From an uncultured Chloroflexia bacterium (GTDB lineage: Bacteria > Chloroflexota > Limnocylindria > Limnocylindrales > CSP1-4), in assembly GCA_963734535.1 (NCBI GenBank), contig CAVTHS010000002.1, forward strand, positions 32,001 through 96,000: DNA of 64,000 nucleotides, in the 5' to 3' direction. Below are positions 63,841-64,000 of this stretch, one piece after another. Below the pieces are notes generated by a model. The model saw nothing but the letters and a program-made list of their open reading frames with translations. It did no database searches and was not told where the DNA came from. Both the position numbers and the translations under genes were made by a program. How positions within the stretch are numbered: the stretch's first letter is position 1; each line of letters starts with the position of its first letter.

Positions 63841-64000
63841 CTGCGAGGCCCGCTCCCAGAATCAGGCCCTGCCGTTGCGGTCGGGCGCCAGCCCAGGCGA
63901 GCCAGGCAATCCTCGTCCCCGGCGCGACGCACGCGCTCGAGCGGACGCTCGCGCCCCGACAGGGAGGTTACGCACCAGCCGTGGACCCCAGCTCGCTTCA

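Overview
High-GC bacterial chromosomal segment, most likely Chloroflexota (Limnocylindria/Ellin6529-like; taxonomy is inferred from gene style, not proven). It is densely packed with housekeeping and accessory genes: feoAB, a DUF2089-DUF4097-SHOCT operon, yyaL, tatA, TetR-MFS, a ClpP-like protease, doxX, a long lhr, GT87, an Na+/H+ antiporter, M20, azlCD, ggt, degV, gdhA, ptsH-ptsI, a Tat-exported DMFase-like protein, a Pta-N-like protein, an HTH-PLDc_N-ABC operon, coaX-coaBC-panB-panC, a BMP nucleoside ABC transporter, M16, ndk, lepB with a Mrp/Nuo-like subunit, and DUF2891. The left end is a decayed region with an IS30 tail, a DUF2075 tail and an intact coiled-coil PD-(D/E)XK nuclease. I found no rRNA, tRNA, CRISPR array or prophage. 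About 15 single-base frameshifts, some in essential genes, point to long-read indel errors and create false fusions in the ORF track. Best leads: a possible prokaryotic COMMD-fold protein, a two-domain arrestin-like protein, a three-protein operon sharing a SHOCT-like helix plus a leader micro-ORF, an orphan eCIS-cargo-like HEXXH peptidase, a four-copy TGCC-N4-GGCA array, an RBS-sequestering gdhA leader and pervasive leaderless gene starts.
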